Source: Octopus vulgaris (taxonomy: Eukaryota). From it: DNA of 64,000 nt. The notes under the pieces were generated by a model, which ran no database searches, was not told where the DNA came from, and was given only the letters and a program-made list of their open reading frames with translations. This document shows positions 26,719-39,504 of the stretch, one piece after another. Position numbers and translations under genes: made by a program. How positions within the stretch are numbered: position 1 is the stretch's first letter; each line of letters opens with the position of its first letter. Location: positions 178,870,001-178,934,000 of the forward strand of contig OX597814.1 of the NCBI GenBank assembly GCA_951406725.2, written 5' to 3'.

Positions 26719-28963
26719 CATTATATTATGGCTGTTTTGTCAGTAATATTTTATCAGAATGTTTTATAGAACAGGTGCTATAAGAAACTATGTATTTTCC
26801 TATAATTTTATCATCTGGACTCTAAACTGTGTTGAGCCAGGTTATGTCCACTGCATTATAATTCATTGTGGATAGTATCATGACGATGTTTACCGTCGTC
26901 TAATGATATTCTTCGTATTCTACATTGGTATACGCATATCCACGTTTTATATGCACCAATATTCTTTTGCATACCATGTGTTTAAATCTTACTTCTAGTT
27001 CTTGTATTGCAAAACCATATTCTTCAAAAATGAGAAAGAATATATAGGTTGTTGCTTCAAGGCAGATTAATTTGGTTATGTGAAAGGCAATTTGGCATTT
27101 CATCTGCTAATATACGTACCAAATTTAGTCTGTGATGCGCTGCAGTGGTGTGTGTGTGTGTGTAGTCGAAAAGATTTGAAATAACATCCAAAACACCTTA
27201 AATCCATGTTTTCCCCCCACCGTCCCCACATCTTTGATTTTTCGCTAAATATAGAAGAGATTTGTGAAATTCCCTTCAGAAAAATGCCCAATAGTAGTCA
27301 ATAGCCTTTAGGTTTTAACATCAAGGGACTGTGTCTAAACTAACGTCCAGTTGTTGAGTAGAAATTTTGGTAGTTCGTTTAGTACATCGTTGCGTCATAA
27401 TGTACAAGAAGCTCTGAGAACTCTATTCTTTTTTCTGGTTATTATATTCTCTCTGCAGGCGTTCCTTGTAAGTTCTCTCATAATATATATCTTCATCGAT
27501 TCCATAGTAACTGCAGCAATCCTCATCTGATGTGATACAAGCACAGTTCTTCTACAGAAATATTATAAAGCTGGCTTGTAGGTTTTTTAGGTAGGTGAAT
27601 GCTTTTCTTCTACATATTCATATTCTCAGCATATACTTTCACATCCTGCTCAAAGAAACCATCTTTCTTTTTAGTATCTAATTTGTCCTGTGACATAGTC
27701 ATGTATACATCAGATATCTCCCACGTAAACAGATTTTACTGAAAGTATTCTCACCAGTAGTGACATAGTTTATCACTGTTATACTGTATCTTGTCAGTGC
27801 CAAATACAATTGCCTAATCTTAAAAGTTGGCCAAAGAAAAGCCAGGCCGGCTACAGTTCCGACTATGGTCTCTGAAATTTTATCAGGTTGAAGGGACTCA
27901 AGCATCTATGAGTGCAGATGTAAACAGAATGCTATCTTCGGCACAATACGGACGTTACAGTTTTACGGGTTATAATTTACCTAGAATATTCCCAGACTCC
28001 TCTTCGAAGCTGTTTGTGCAGCTGCGAATAACTTGAAGATCATTATATTATATTAATTACTTTGATCTTGCAGAAATATTTTTGAGACATGATGAATGAT
28101 TTTCTGATCTCCATGTGAGGGTTCGTCTTTTGATATAGTATCATTTTCCGACAACATAAACCAGCGATCCTGCTGTTAAAGTGAATAAAGTAATCCCGAT
28201 AGAAAGCTATTTCACTGAAGTTGTATGCTTTCCCTATAACTAGGGAGTATAGTACTATGCATTTTTTAAGACGCACTGCTTTCTGGTTAAACTGCATTTT
28301 CACTTAGAAATACCCTGCGGATAATCTTCTATGGCTTCACGTTTATGTACAGCACTTAAGGATTGTGACTGAATTTGTTTTCAGCCTAGTTTTTTTTTTA
28401 CGCCGAATTTTCTCACTAGTATCGTTTAAATCTTATTTGAGTTGAAGGTTTTCACATTAGTTTACATCAAGTCTTTGTTATTTTCCAGTATTGTTGATGA
28501 TGTAACGTGTTTTTAAGTGTTTGTTGGAATATTGTAAGCACGTTCATACAGCTGATTTTCTGTAGATCAAAAATCGTTTTTCCCATTTTCAAAGGCCATG
28601 GTGGAAATGCATTAATATTTGTTTTTCTTTACGCTTGTGGTATTTCAAATGTGTAGATTTGCTGCTGTATGGAATTACTGCTGTACGGATTTACTACTGT
28701 AAACAAGTCTTATTTCACGAAACTGGGAGGCGTACTGCTTAGTTATAAGTTAACAACATCGACTCGGTTAATGACTATTAGTATCAAGTAATTTGGATTC
28801 TTTTTATGTCGATGGGTCATTCTTACAAAACAAAAGATTTTAAAATAAAATAATTGTCTGAAGGTGCTTGTCATTATCTGTAACTTTCTGTAATGTATGT
28901 TATTAATTCCTTCAAATTGTAGTTTCGTTATTGTAACAACTGCTACTGTCACTGATGATTGGT

Positions 28964-29273
28964 TTGTTGTTGTTTGTTCCTTCTCGAGCCATGCCTGACT
29001 CATAAGGGCCGGTTTCCCGGTTTCTTGGCGTATAGGTTCCCCACCTGGACGGGACGCCGATCCATCGCAGGTGAGCTGCAAGATGCAGGAGGAAAGAGTG
29101 AGAGAAAGTTGTGGCGAAAGAGTCAAACAGAAGTTTTGCCATTACCATCTGCCGGAGCCGCGTGGAGCTTAGCAGCTTCGCTCATAAACACACATATCGT
29201 CCGGTCTGAGATTCGAACCCGCGATCCCTCGACCACGAGTCTGCTGCTCTAACCACTAGGCCATGTGCCTCCA
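28964..29273 (-). mobile_element. Full-length SINE family A (tail type 3) with 14-bp TSD
   Basis: tRNA head with B box gggttcgaatctc and an (AAC)n end. TSD cactgatgattggt lies at 28950-28963 and 29274-29287. Confidence 0.9.
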
Positions 29274-30019
29274 CACTGATGATTGGTGCCTGCGGTTACC
29301 TGTGAGCGTTGAGTGTGTCGTGATACGCGGTGCTATTCTCGTAATATCGGAGGATTTGTTTTGGAAGCGTTATTTCTACTGTGTTCACACTTACGAGAAC
29401 AAAATTGCACTCATTATTTTTCGGAACTATTTGTCCTTTCCTTGTGTTCAAGAAATATCATAGCTTAGCGTAAGATTTTTGTGTAATAATTTACTTCTGC
29501 TGAAGCTCACCCCAGTAAGGTTTTATTCTTTCCAAATAGCCGTAATTGATTTTAATACATTTTAAAGCGATTAAACTAATCATTATTACGTCCATATTTG
29601 CCGGACAATATATACTTTAAGCTGTTGGTTACATCTAGGATATCGCTAAAAATAATCTGTTAAATTTGTGGGGTTTTTTCTTCAATTCTTCTCCGGTGTT
29701 ACTGATATCTTCATGCTAGCCATAACCTTTCTAGCGAATCCCTGCATGGAAAATGCAAGTTCGAGTAGATCTTCAAAAAAGTAGAGTTTTTCTTCAATGA
29801 ATATGATCAAATGAAGTACAAGTTACATAACAAGCCTGTGGTATTAATACCGGAAATAGTATTTATCGCTAATTCAGTGAATTGTCTGCAACCAATACAC
29901 GACTACCCACGTTAAGTATAGTTGTATGAATGCATATTTATGTATGAGAGTATGCATCTATATAGATAATTATATAAATGCTTACGTGTAAGACACAGAA
30001 TGTACGAATTCATGTGCAT

Positions 30020-30261
<242 letters not shown>

Positions 30262-31339
30262 CCATACTTACTATGTGTATGTTTGGTGGTGTAAGTCTAT
30301 CTGCCTGACTATGCATATTCATTTGTCTATAAACGTGTACCCAGCTATGGGAGTGTTTGTATGTGGATACGTGAGTGTGTAGGCGTACTATGTAAAGTTC
30401 GATGTAAATGGTTGGCTTTTAATCTACTTGTCAGAAAATATATTATTTCGAGAGATTTTTGAGATATTTTACTTTCCATTTATATATTTGATGATATTTT
30501 TCTTTATATCATTCACATTTCATGTTTGTAATACCATACCTGCGGAAGAGCAAACAAACGAAACTAAACACGGCCGAGCACATGCACATGCGTACGCACA
30601 CTCATACTCCCGTATACTCACACGCACAAATAGACACACACACACACACATACACTCATAAATACACTCAAAGACACATTAAAAAGACGACTATCTTCTT
30701 TTGATGTTATTTAGATTTTAATTTCAACTATTTTATTTTATTTTATTTTAAATTTTTGCTGAAGGATTGTTTGTTTCGCATCTGTTGAAATAGAAACCTT
30801 CGGGAATTGGCAGAAAAACTTTTCAACATTTCATAGATCTCCCTGCTAGTAGTCTACTCCCAGAGAGATTCATTAAGTAGATTGCCTTCAGGCAGACTGT
30901 AACCTAGTATCGCACCTATCATGCAGATCATGTGCAACTAACACTTCTGTTATTTTTTTTTCTCCTGAATATATCTCATTAACTCGTTTCTGTTCTATTT
31001 TTTCTGTATTACTTAATCTCTCAGTTGCCATATTTCTTCTTTTCTCTCTCCCACCTATCTCTTCCTCATCTCTATCTCATATTCTCTATATATAGTTGTG
31101 TGTATATACGTTGTATTTGTGTGGATGTATGTATGTGTCAATCAATGTTTTTCTAATTCATGTCATTTCGCTCTCTCAATGTTTCCACGCTTTCATATTG
31201 ATACACATAGAGACATACTAATATTCATTCATTGACGCATACCTATCAGCAAACCAACCTACCTACCTGCCTACCTACCTACTTACCTATCTACCTACCT
31301 ACATATATACACACATACATGCGTACAGATTTACATACA

Positions 31340-31862
31340 CTTGTCATCAAGGCACTACTAGGAAATGACGTTATCGCTAACGTTGTATACAAAGCCATCC
31401 GAATATAGAGAAATCATGAGATAGATATAGAATATCTCCATATTATTGAGTACATACATAAACAGTAACACAACACCTATTAGGAAAGCCCTAAGCTACC
31501 CTTGCCGATTGTAACATCTCTTCGAAATTCAAAGAGAAAACAGATGACTACGGAGAACTGCTTCAAAACAACTAGCCTCTATAACCAGACTTTAAATTCA
31601 CATTTATTCCAATAATAAATGGTGCACTTGGTTTTGTTCGAAAATTCCTAACAATCTGAAAAAGCTAGTGTTTTCAGAAAAAAATGAATAAACCACTTAG
31701 AACACACATTATAAAACCTTTTATAAAAGAAGAGTGAAAATATGTAAGACATTTCCCAATTTCAAAATATGATATTATTGTTGTTATCTACTCTCCAATG
31801 GTGGAGATTTGTGTCTTTGTTGGAAATCTGCTCCTATACTTCAGGAAGTTTCTAAATAATAA
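31340..31862 (+). mobile_element. Decayed 3' end of an R4/Dong-like LINE, related to 11100-12835
   Basis: Reads EKTDDYGELLQN and PDFKFTFIPIINGALGFV. The 3' UTR resembles 12770-12835. Confidence 0.6.
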
Positions 31863-31986
31863 ACATCAGAAGAGAACAACATAGATACTTACATACGCAT
31901 GCCCAGACTACCCCAAATCTCCATATATAGACATATGTATATCTGTGTATTCCTGTGACTGTGTGTATATACACACACACACACAC

Positions 31987-32042
<56 letters not shown>

Positions 32043-33107
32043 GAATACCGGATGATTTATATGTGAGGTAATTTAAATATTCATGCCTAGCTAGAGCAGT
32101 ACTTATGCAGACTTCCATAGCGTACTATGTACGATCTAACAGTCTACTATGAGCAGATAAAGTGGCTATTATTTTGGGGAAATGCGTAAAAAAAACGAGA
32201 AGAAATTAAGAGAAAAATTGAGAAGGGAATGACAATTCGTCAGATGAAATACGACACACAAATCACCAATTCCAAACTGGAATCTGAGAAAGTCGGAGAG
32301 TTGCCTAATAGACCAGGCATGCTTGTTTAGCTTATTCGTCTACAAAGGCATTGTCACTTGAAACCGAAAGAAAAATGTATATAAAATGTAGATTGTGTGA
32401 GTTCAAAAATTGTTAAACCAATCAAAAATAATTTTTTTACAGCGCTGGGACAAGAAGAAAATCTAAGCGCTAGCAAGCCATATCTGAGGCCTGAAAGACA
32501 GAAATATACCACACACCAACAAGTGGAGCAACTTATAGAAATCTAGTCCATACATTAACGGGTCAAATACACACATTGCCTGTTTAGCTGAAAGAAAATA
32601 CACACATATTACACCGAAGAACAGCACGGACATTCTTACTTTCAAGTCAGACAGTTTTAACGGTTGCCAAAATCTTGACAACATTTCTTTTATGGAACAG
32701 AAATGGAGCACACAGTTTTATACAATTTCACCTTTCTCCCACTTCCTATCAACCAACAAAACACTAAGTTATTTTAGATAAACGCAAAACATTTACAATA
32801 TTCTTTATTTAACAGGTTAAAAGTCACAACACTGACCACCGTCTTTCTTAACGCTGTCTTTTCAAAATGTATTCTCATTTTCTTCTTCATTCTTTAATTT
32901 CCATATCGAGTAGGCATGTCATTTAATTCCGAACGACTGTTGGACAGTGCATGGTGTTCTGTCCTAACCCGTCGGTTTACTGCGTTATATCAACACGAAA
33001 ATTTAAGTAACATAAATATAAATCTCGTACTCGTTAAATATCACTTATCTCACAATGGATTGAGTGCCTTTGTTTGATCATCCTATTAAGAAGCTAACAA
33101 TACACTA

Positions 33108-33182
<75 letters not shown>

Positions 33183-33508
33183 ATATATATATATATATTT
33201 CTCTCACTTTTTCACACACTCTTTGTCTTTCTCCATGTTTCCTACAAATTATTACTTAAAAACAAGCACACACACACATAATCACACGCTCAATCACACA
33301 CACGCACACACACAAACAGACACGCAGTGAGGATGAGGGCTCAACAATGCATTAATGGATAAATATTCTTTGTGTGTAGATTAACATATCAATCAATGGT
33401 TTCAGTTGAAGAGACCTTCGCAATTGTTCAAGTGTGCAACGTGATTGTCTCACGAGTGTGGCACGCCTGAATGATTTTAAACATCTCTTGGTATGAAACC
33501 ATGATTGC

Positions 33509-33597
33509 TTTTACAAGATTAATACCGAAGACGGAGTGTAACTAGAAGCATTTAATACCACTAGTTACACTCCGTCTTCCCTATTAATCTTTTAAAA
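33509..33597. other. Isolated 89-nt hairpin with pre-miRNA-like geometry
   Basis: 19 perfect bp (33527-33545 with 33561-33579), a 2x2 mismatch, 10 bp, a 1x1 mismatch, 5 bp, and a 15-nt loop. The confidence refers to the hairpin, not to miRNA status. Confidence 0.8.
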
Positions 33598-33803
33598 ATG
33601 TACTCTATGTGCATTTCGGAATTGAAGACTTAGATCCAACAATGAACGCTCAGTATCGCTGATGACGCCTGGTAGGCATAAGTGGTGAACGTGCTCTGCA
33701 GACACACTACCTGGGACTTACTCTGAAACATGGTTTGGATACTGCATTTAATTCCTTAATGGTAAATGTGTTTTATATATATGTATATTTATATGTATGT
33801 AAG

Positions 33804-33838
<35 letters not shown>

Positions 33839-33839
33839 A

Positions 33840-33878
<39 letters not shown>

Positions 33879-33893
33879 AAATATACATATATA

Positions 33894-34009
<116 letters not shown>

Positions 34010-36748
34010 TGTTTGAATGTTGTGAGTTGCGAAAATCCCTTTTGGGATTCTTAAGAGATCATATGATCTTATAGATGTTCCAGCTTTTACAAATATTTAT
34101 TCTACTTGAGGAAATACTAATTGCCTTAGTATATCATTTGCTCTTGCTTTGTAGTCACGTTATAAATTGCGGCTATATTTTGGTATTCATTTGCATATTT
34201 TATTATGTAGGTATTTACTTCCTTTCGGTAAAAACATTATTCGTATAAGACGCCCACACAAGTTTCGGTGCATTGTTGGCGTTGCTATCCATTTATACAT
34301 CAGTAAAATACTCTAAAAACGACAACTTCGCATTATCTGTGCACGCATTCACATCCATATTCACACAAATAAACACGCACAATGACAGATACACACATAG
34401 AAATGTCTGTATGTATATATGTATGTAGTTATGTTCTTATTTGATGTTTCTTGTTTATGCCCATATCTCTGAGTGAGTGCGAGTATGTATTCTCAAACAA
34501 ATTCTGACATTGATATCTGAACTTTGCCTTTCAATTCTAACCCACATCTCTTTGTGTTAATCACAATATGCTTACGTCATAACAATACGCTTCGGGTATA
34601 ATAAATCCGATGTGCCTGACCCCGACATTTGCACGACTAACAGAGATTACGTGACGTTCGTGTCATTTAAGTGTAAATATTTAGTAAAGAATCGACTAAA
34701 TAACAGAAAAAAAGAAATTTAAAGATAGAAAGGATACAAAAATATTTTTTAAAAATAACGTTAAGAAAATATTGAGAAAAGAAAAAAACAAAATGAAGAT
34801 TAACAAAGCATAATGCAAAGATGGAACAGATTGGTAAAAAGAAAGTATAATTCTTTTGAATAAGTTAATCGTATAGTATTGAAGTAGTGAATGTCGTATA
34901 AATATCGATTTATGAGGCGACGTACGTAGATTGAAGATTGTATCATGGGATCGTAGAAAAATCTTTAAAGTTTCTACCTGTTGAATTTCTCTCAATTCAA
35001 ATATTTGTTATCAGGAAATTGTCACAATGCTTTCCCCTTACCTTATATAGAGATATTTAATATAGAATGATATTTCCTACTCAAAGTCAAGGCCATATTT
35101 TATAAGGAAAACAAAAGAACTTTTGATGAACATGATTTTTAAGGAAACTAAAAGGACTTTTCACGTAATGCAAATAACGTAATTAACATGAAATGTATAT
35201 AGATGAACATGGTCTGTACGTATGTTGCTTCTGTTTCTTTTCAACACTCCTCCCGACAGAGATTGAATATAGTTTATAACACTGGGCTAAATATCACATA
35301 AGTGCTATATTCTACTTTTCGCATTTTCAACCGCAGTATTTTCGAAGGCACTAAAATATTTGTGCTTTACTCGTAAGCTAATAGATACGAGTAATATACA
35401 AGACTATGCCATAATTCCATCTTAAAGAAATGAATTTGAAAAAACACACTATACTACAAATATAGTTTAAGCAAGTGTGGTGCACATTAATGTATGCAAA
35501 ACAATTCATATTATGTTACACATTAAAAATGTGAAAACATCATATTACTATCTACTTGTAATTTGTAATTTTTTTTTGCAATAAAGATATCGTGGTTGCA
35601 TCATATATAGCGCCATAATGTAGAAGAAATGTTCCGTTAAGCTCGCTAAATTTGGTTATTTTTGTACCTGAAGAGGCATTCGAGTAAAACTTTCCCTATG
35701 CCATTATTTTTGTAATGCACATTAACAAATTTCCCCCATTATCTAAAACCTTAGATGTACTTATAGGAGAATTATAACCTTTTCGTGCTATTTACATGGC
35801 GCCCGACTTTTTAATATTAATATTTTGACTTTCCAATTAATTCCAACACAATGAAAAAGGTGTTGTATTACTATAGTGCGTCATCTTCTACCTCTTACTA
35901 AGCCAGTTATGTTCTTCACAAACGTATCGATGTAACAGAAATCAATTTAGTAAGCATTAAATAGTTTATTATCTTTACTCAAGTTAAGTTTGATGGTTAA
36001 ATTTATACAAATGAATTTATCAAATTGTACGTGCACTTATAATCATTGAATTAATTTTAAACTGTAAGAGAAATACAGAAGCATCATTGATCATGTTTTA
36101 TTAATTTGATATACGACGTATATTTATAGTAGGTGTAAATGTTAAACTATCGATGAAAAGTCTAGAATTTAAATTGAATTTGTTGTGTCTACATGCAAGA
36201 ATTTAAAATATCCCACTCATATTGATTGTATATAATCTTTCCTATATTCAAAGGAACGATGTATTATCACGTAGAAATTAGTTATCTTGAAAATATTTTT
36301 TTCGAAACTCCCTTATTATTACTATTTCAAACGGTTGAGAGTTTCGAAATACTTCATCAAGAAATTTACAAACAATCTCCTTTCAAACCAATAAGGTATT
36401 AGTTTCGTCAATATATATTTCTGTAATTGCTTGTTACTATATTGAATATCAATATTTTTCGGAACGCGAATATCTCGGTGCGATTCTGTTCTCGGTTTGA
36501 TATAAATATTCCGTTCTGCACACACGAAACTTTCTTCTTATCCAACTGCCTCCCGTTTAGTATGCAGTGATAAGCTACTCTTGGAATTCACTCCTCTTAA
36601 TCATTCAAATAATCATGGGTTATAAATTACTAGGTCTGAAATTACTTAATATCATTAGTCTATACATTTATATATTTTAAGGTGATTCTATGAATAATAT
36701 ATAAATAAAAGTTGCTGTTAATTATTTCACTTGTCCTGTCCGTTCCCT

Positions 36749-36812
<64 letters not shown>

Positions 36813-36825
36813 TGTGTGTGTTTTT

Positions 36826-36864
<39 letters not shown>

Positions 36865-37470
36865 CCCGCATGTAAAACGAACCTTCACCAGCTATTCCGC
36901 CTATATGCCTCTGCACTCCTTTGAATACAATGTATGCCAAAGGGTTTGCAAATCCAACGGAGGCACCAAAGGACATTTTAAGATCCACAAAGAGCAGAAC
37001 TTAATCTGCAGCATTTGGTGGTCACAATCGTAGGTGCTAAGGTGCAGGTACAGGAGGTGGTCAAATTCTGCATAAGAAGTAGACAACCACCATGTATGAT
37101 TGTATGTAGGAGAGTACCGGAGAAAAGTGTGTGTGTGTGTGTGTATGTCTAGTGAGTCATCAAACATCTCACAGGAATCGACCCATGATAAACAGTGATG
37201 TGGCTATTAAAATTCACAACAGAACATGTGTAAAATGTGGAAGGTTGTACCTCTCAGACGGAGGTCTGAAAGGACATGTTAAGAGAGTGCATATGGTGGC
37301 ACAGGTTTATATTGCCAGCTAGCACAGTCGTCCAGTATGTAATAAAATGTGTAAAAATTTGGTTGGACTTAAAAGTCATATAAGGGCATCATATGGCATC
37401 AATAATGAATTATTTCATTAATTATTTTTGGCAACGGCTTTTCTCGTGTAGCGAAGCCGCAATTATGATA
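36865..37470 (+). mobile_element. Two adjacent RTE-type 3' ends with decayed C2H2-like fingers
   Basis: 36865-37100 matches the reverse complement of 12857-13065 at DNA level (caatgtatgcca...gcaaatc.aacggaggc; aggtacaggag.tggtcaaa.tctgcataag). Peptides include VCQRVCKSNGGTKGHFKIH, CVKCGRLYLSDGGLKGHVKRVH and VCNKMCKNLVGLKSHIR. Confidence 0.65.
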
Positions 37471-37490
37471 TTTGTATATGTGTGCGTGTA

Positions 37491-37551
<61 letters not shown>

Positions 37552-37591
37552 CTGCGACTATGATAGATATGTCTAATTGTATATATATATA

Positions 37592-37827
37592 TATTACACA
37601 CATATAAGAGGAATGACCACTAGCTAGATTCCTAATATGCTAAAGCTAGAGTCCATATGGTCTGGCCACTAAGAAAAACTAGGGGGCTATTTTTAGCATA
37701 TTAGTAATCCACCTCTTATATGTATGCAATACATTTTTTCTGTATCTTCGGATGTTTTTAAATATGCTAGGCCACTAGTTTAAATTGATGATAATTTAAT
37801 AAATGTTAATTTTTACCCTCATTATTT

Positions 37828-37832
<5 letters not shown>
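37592..37832 (+). mobile_element. Imperfect fold-back element in (TA)n with a ~100-nt one-sided extension
   Basis: acatataagagg pairs with cctcttatatgt, and ctaatatgctaaa pairs with tttagcatattag. TA tracts flank both sides. Confidence 0.6.
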
Positions 37833-37871
<39 letters not shown>

Positions 37872-37874
<3 letters not shown>

Positions 37875-38298
37875 GTAAAAGCACCGTCCGTTCGTGGCCG
37901 TTTGCCAGCTCTGTCTGGCCCCGTGTCGGTGGCACGTAAAAGCACCATCCGTTCCTGTCCGTTGCCAGCCTCGGCTGGCCCCCGTGCCGGTGACAGGTAA
38001 AAACACCGTCCGTTCGTGGCCGTTTGCCAGCTCTGCCTGGCCCCGTGTCGGTGGCACGTAAAAGCACCATCCGTTCGTGTCCGTTGCCAGCCTCGGCTGG
38101 CCCCCGTGCCGGTGACAGGTAAAAGCACCGTCCGTTCGTGGCTGTTTGCCAGCACTGTCTGGTCCCGTGTCGGTGGCACGTAAAAGCACCATCCGTTCGT
38201 GTCCGTTGCCAGCATCGCCTGTCCCCGTGCCGGTGACACGTAAAAGCACCATCCGTCCGTGGCCGTTTGCCAGCTCTGTCTGGCACCTGTGCAGGTGG
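37872..38298 (+). repeat. GC-rich 61-bp minisatellite, 7 units, alternating A/B variants
   Basis: Units start at 37872, 37933, 37994, 38055, 38116, 38177 and 38237, with a partial eighth at 38299. Confidence 0.95.
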
Positions 38299-38480
38299 CA
38301 CGTAAAAAACACCCACTACACTCGCGGAGTAGTTGGCGTTAGGAAGGGCATCCAGCCGTAGAAACACTGCCAGATCTGACTGGGCCTGACGAAGCCTTCC
38401 AGCTTCATGGACCCCAGTTGACCCGTCTAACCCATGCTAGCATGGAAAGCGGACGCTAAATGATGATGATGATGATGATG
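38299..38480 (+). mobile_element. 3' part of a SINE with an RTE-type tail, contiguous with the minisatellite
   Basis: ttggcgttaggaagggcatccagccgtagaaac...cccatgctagcatggaaagcggacgctaaa(tga)n resembles a common octopus SINE tail (recalled, not searched). Confidence 0.7.
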
Positions 38481-38562
38481 ATATATATATATATATATAC
38501 ACGTATATATGAAAAAACAAGTCAAGATAGAAAATGCTAAAATGATTTTATAAAGAACATTT

Positions 38563-38600
38563 CAGTGCCGGTTTCGGTCATTTTGAGACCTTTTCAACTG
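38563..38600 (-). ncRNA. Type I hammerhead motif with U3-A8 variant core
   Basis: Minus strand: CAG UUGAAAA GGUC ucaaaau GACC GAAA CCGG CA CUG. Stems I, II and III all pair, but U16.1 is replaced by C. Confidence 0.65.
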
Positions 38601-39243
38601 TAACGATTAAATAATTAAATTTAGAAAAATTAAAAGAAGAGTTTTTTTAAGGAATATTTGTATAGTGTTCAAATATAAGTGGCATATTTCTTGTTTCTGC
38701 CTTTCTCTGTCTCTCTTGTTTACACTTGTGGGTTCGAAGTCGTTGTGAATTCTTGGTAGGATAGAAGAAGAAGAAGAAGAAGGAGGATGAGGAGGAGACG
38801 GGGTGGGGAAATTTGGGAATGCCTTGATTGTCGTATTTTGAATGGTCAGTGGCGGCTAGCAGTTGCAGTTCAATTCATGAGAATATTTCTATTGAAAGGT
38901 TTGTTTATAGAATTTGCGTAGGTGCTATACTAAAAAGCATTAGTGATAAAGTTAAGAAGTAGGTTGAGCAGAAGAAAGAGTAGAAGAAGAAGAAGAAAAA
39001 GAAGAAGAAGAAGAAGGAGAAGAAGAAGGAGAAGAAGAAGAAGGAGAAAAAGAAGAAGAAGAAGAAGAAGAAGAAGATGATGATGATGACGATGTTGATC
39101 ATGATGAAGAAGAAGAAGAAGAAGGAGGAGAAGAAGAAGAAGAAGAAGAAGAAGAAGAAGAAGATGATGATGATGATGGTGATGATGATGATGATGAAGA
39201 AGAAGAAAGAGAAGAAGAAGAAGGAGAAGAAGATGATATGATG

Positions 39244-39274
<31 letters not shown>

Positions 39275-39504
39275 CGATGATGATGATGATAATGAGGATG
39301 AAGAAGAGGAGGGAGAAGAAGAAGAAAGAGAAGGGAGAATATGAATGAGTGGAAGTAGTGAGGTGTTGTATGACTTGAAGTAGGCACGTTATGGGTTATA
39401 GCTGTGATTGGGGCTGATTTGTAATGGATTCTTTGGAATGTAATATTTACGTGTGTATTTGTGTTATTCTAAAGCTGAGGTGTATATATCGTTTTGCGTA
39501 GACC

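Noticed and set aside
27420-28720. Possible decayed retroelement on the minus strand
   Set aside because: The composition is suggestive, but I could not read any diagnostic motif.
36865-37400. Host C2H2 zinc-finger gene
   Set aside because: It is frameshifted, lacks TGEKP linkers and matches the RTE 3' end at 12857-13065 at DNA level.
37872-38310. CRISPR-like regular array with three overlapping ORFs
   Set aside because: The intervening segments are homologous to each other rather than unique spacers. There are no cas genes and the context is eukaryotic. The ORFs are an artefact of a GC-rich tandem repeat.
38380-38410. ctgacga motif as a hammerhead
   Set aside because: There is no GAAA or stem III downstream, and it lies inside the SINE tail.
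38905-39387. 160-aa His/Phe/Ile-rich ORF
   Set aside because: It is triplet repeat inside the 3' region of the Penelope-like element.
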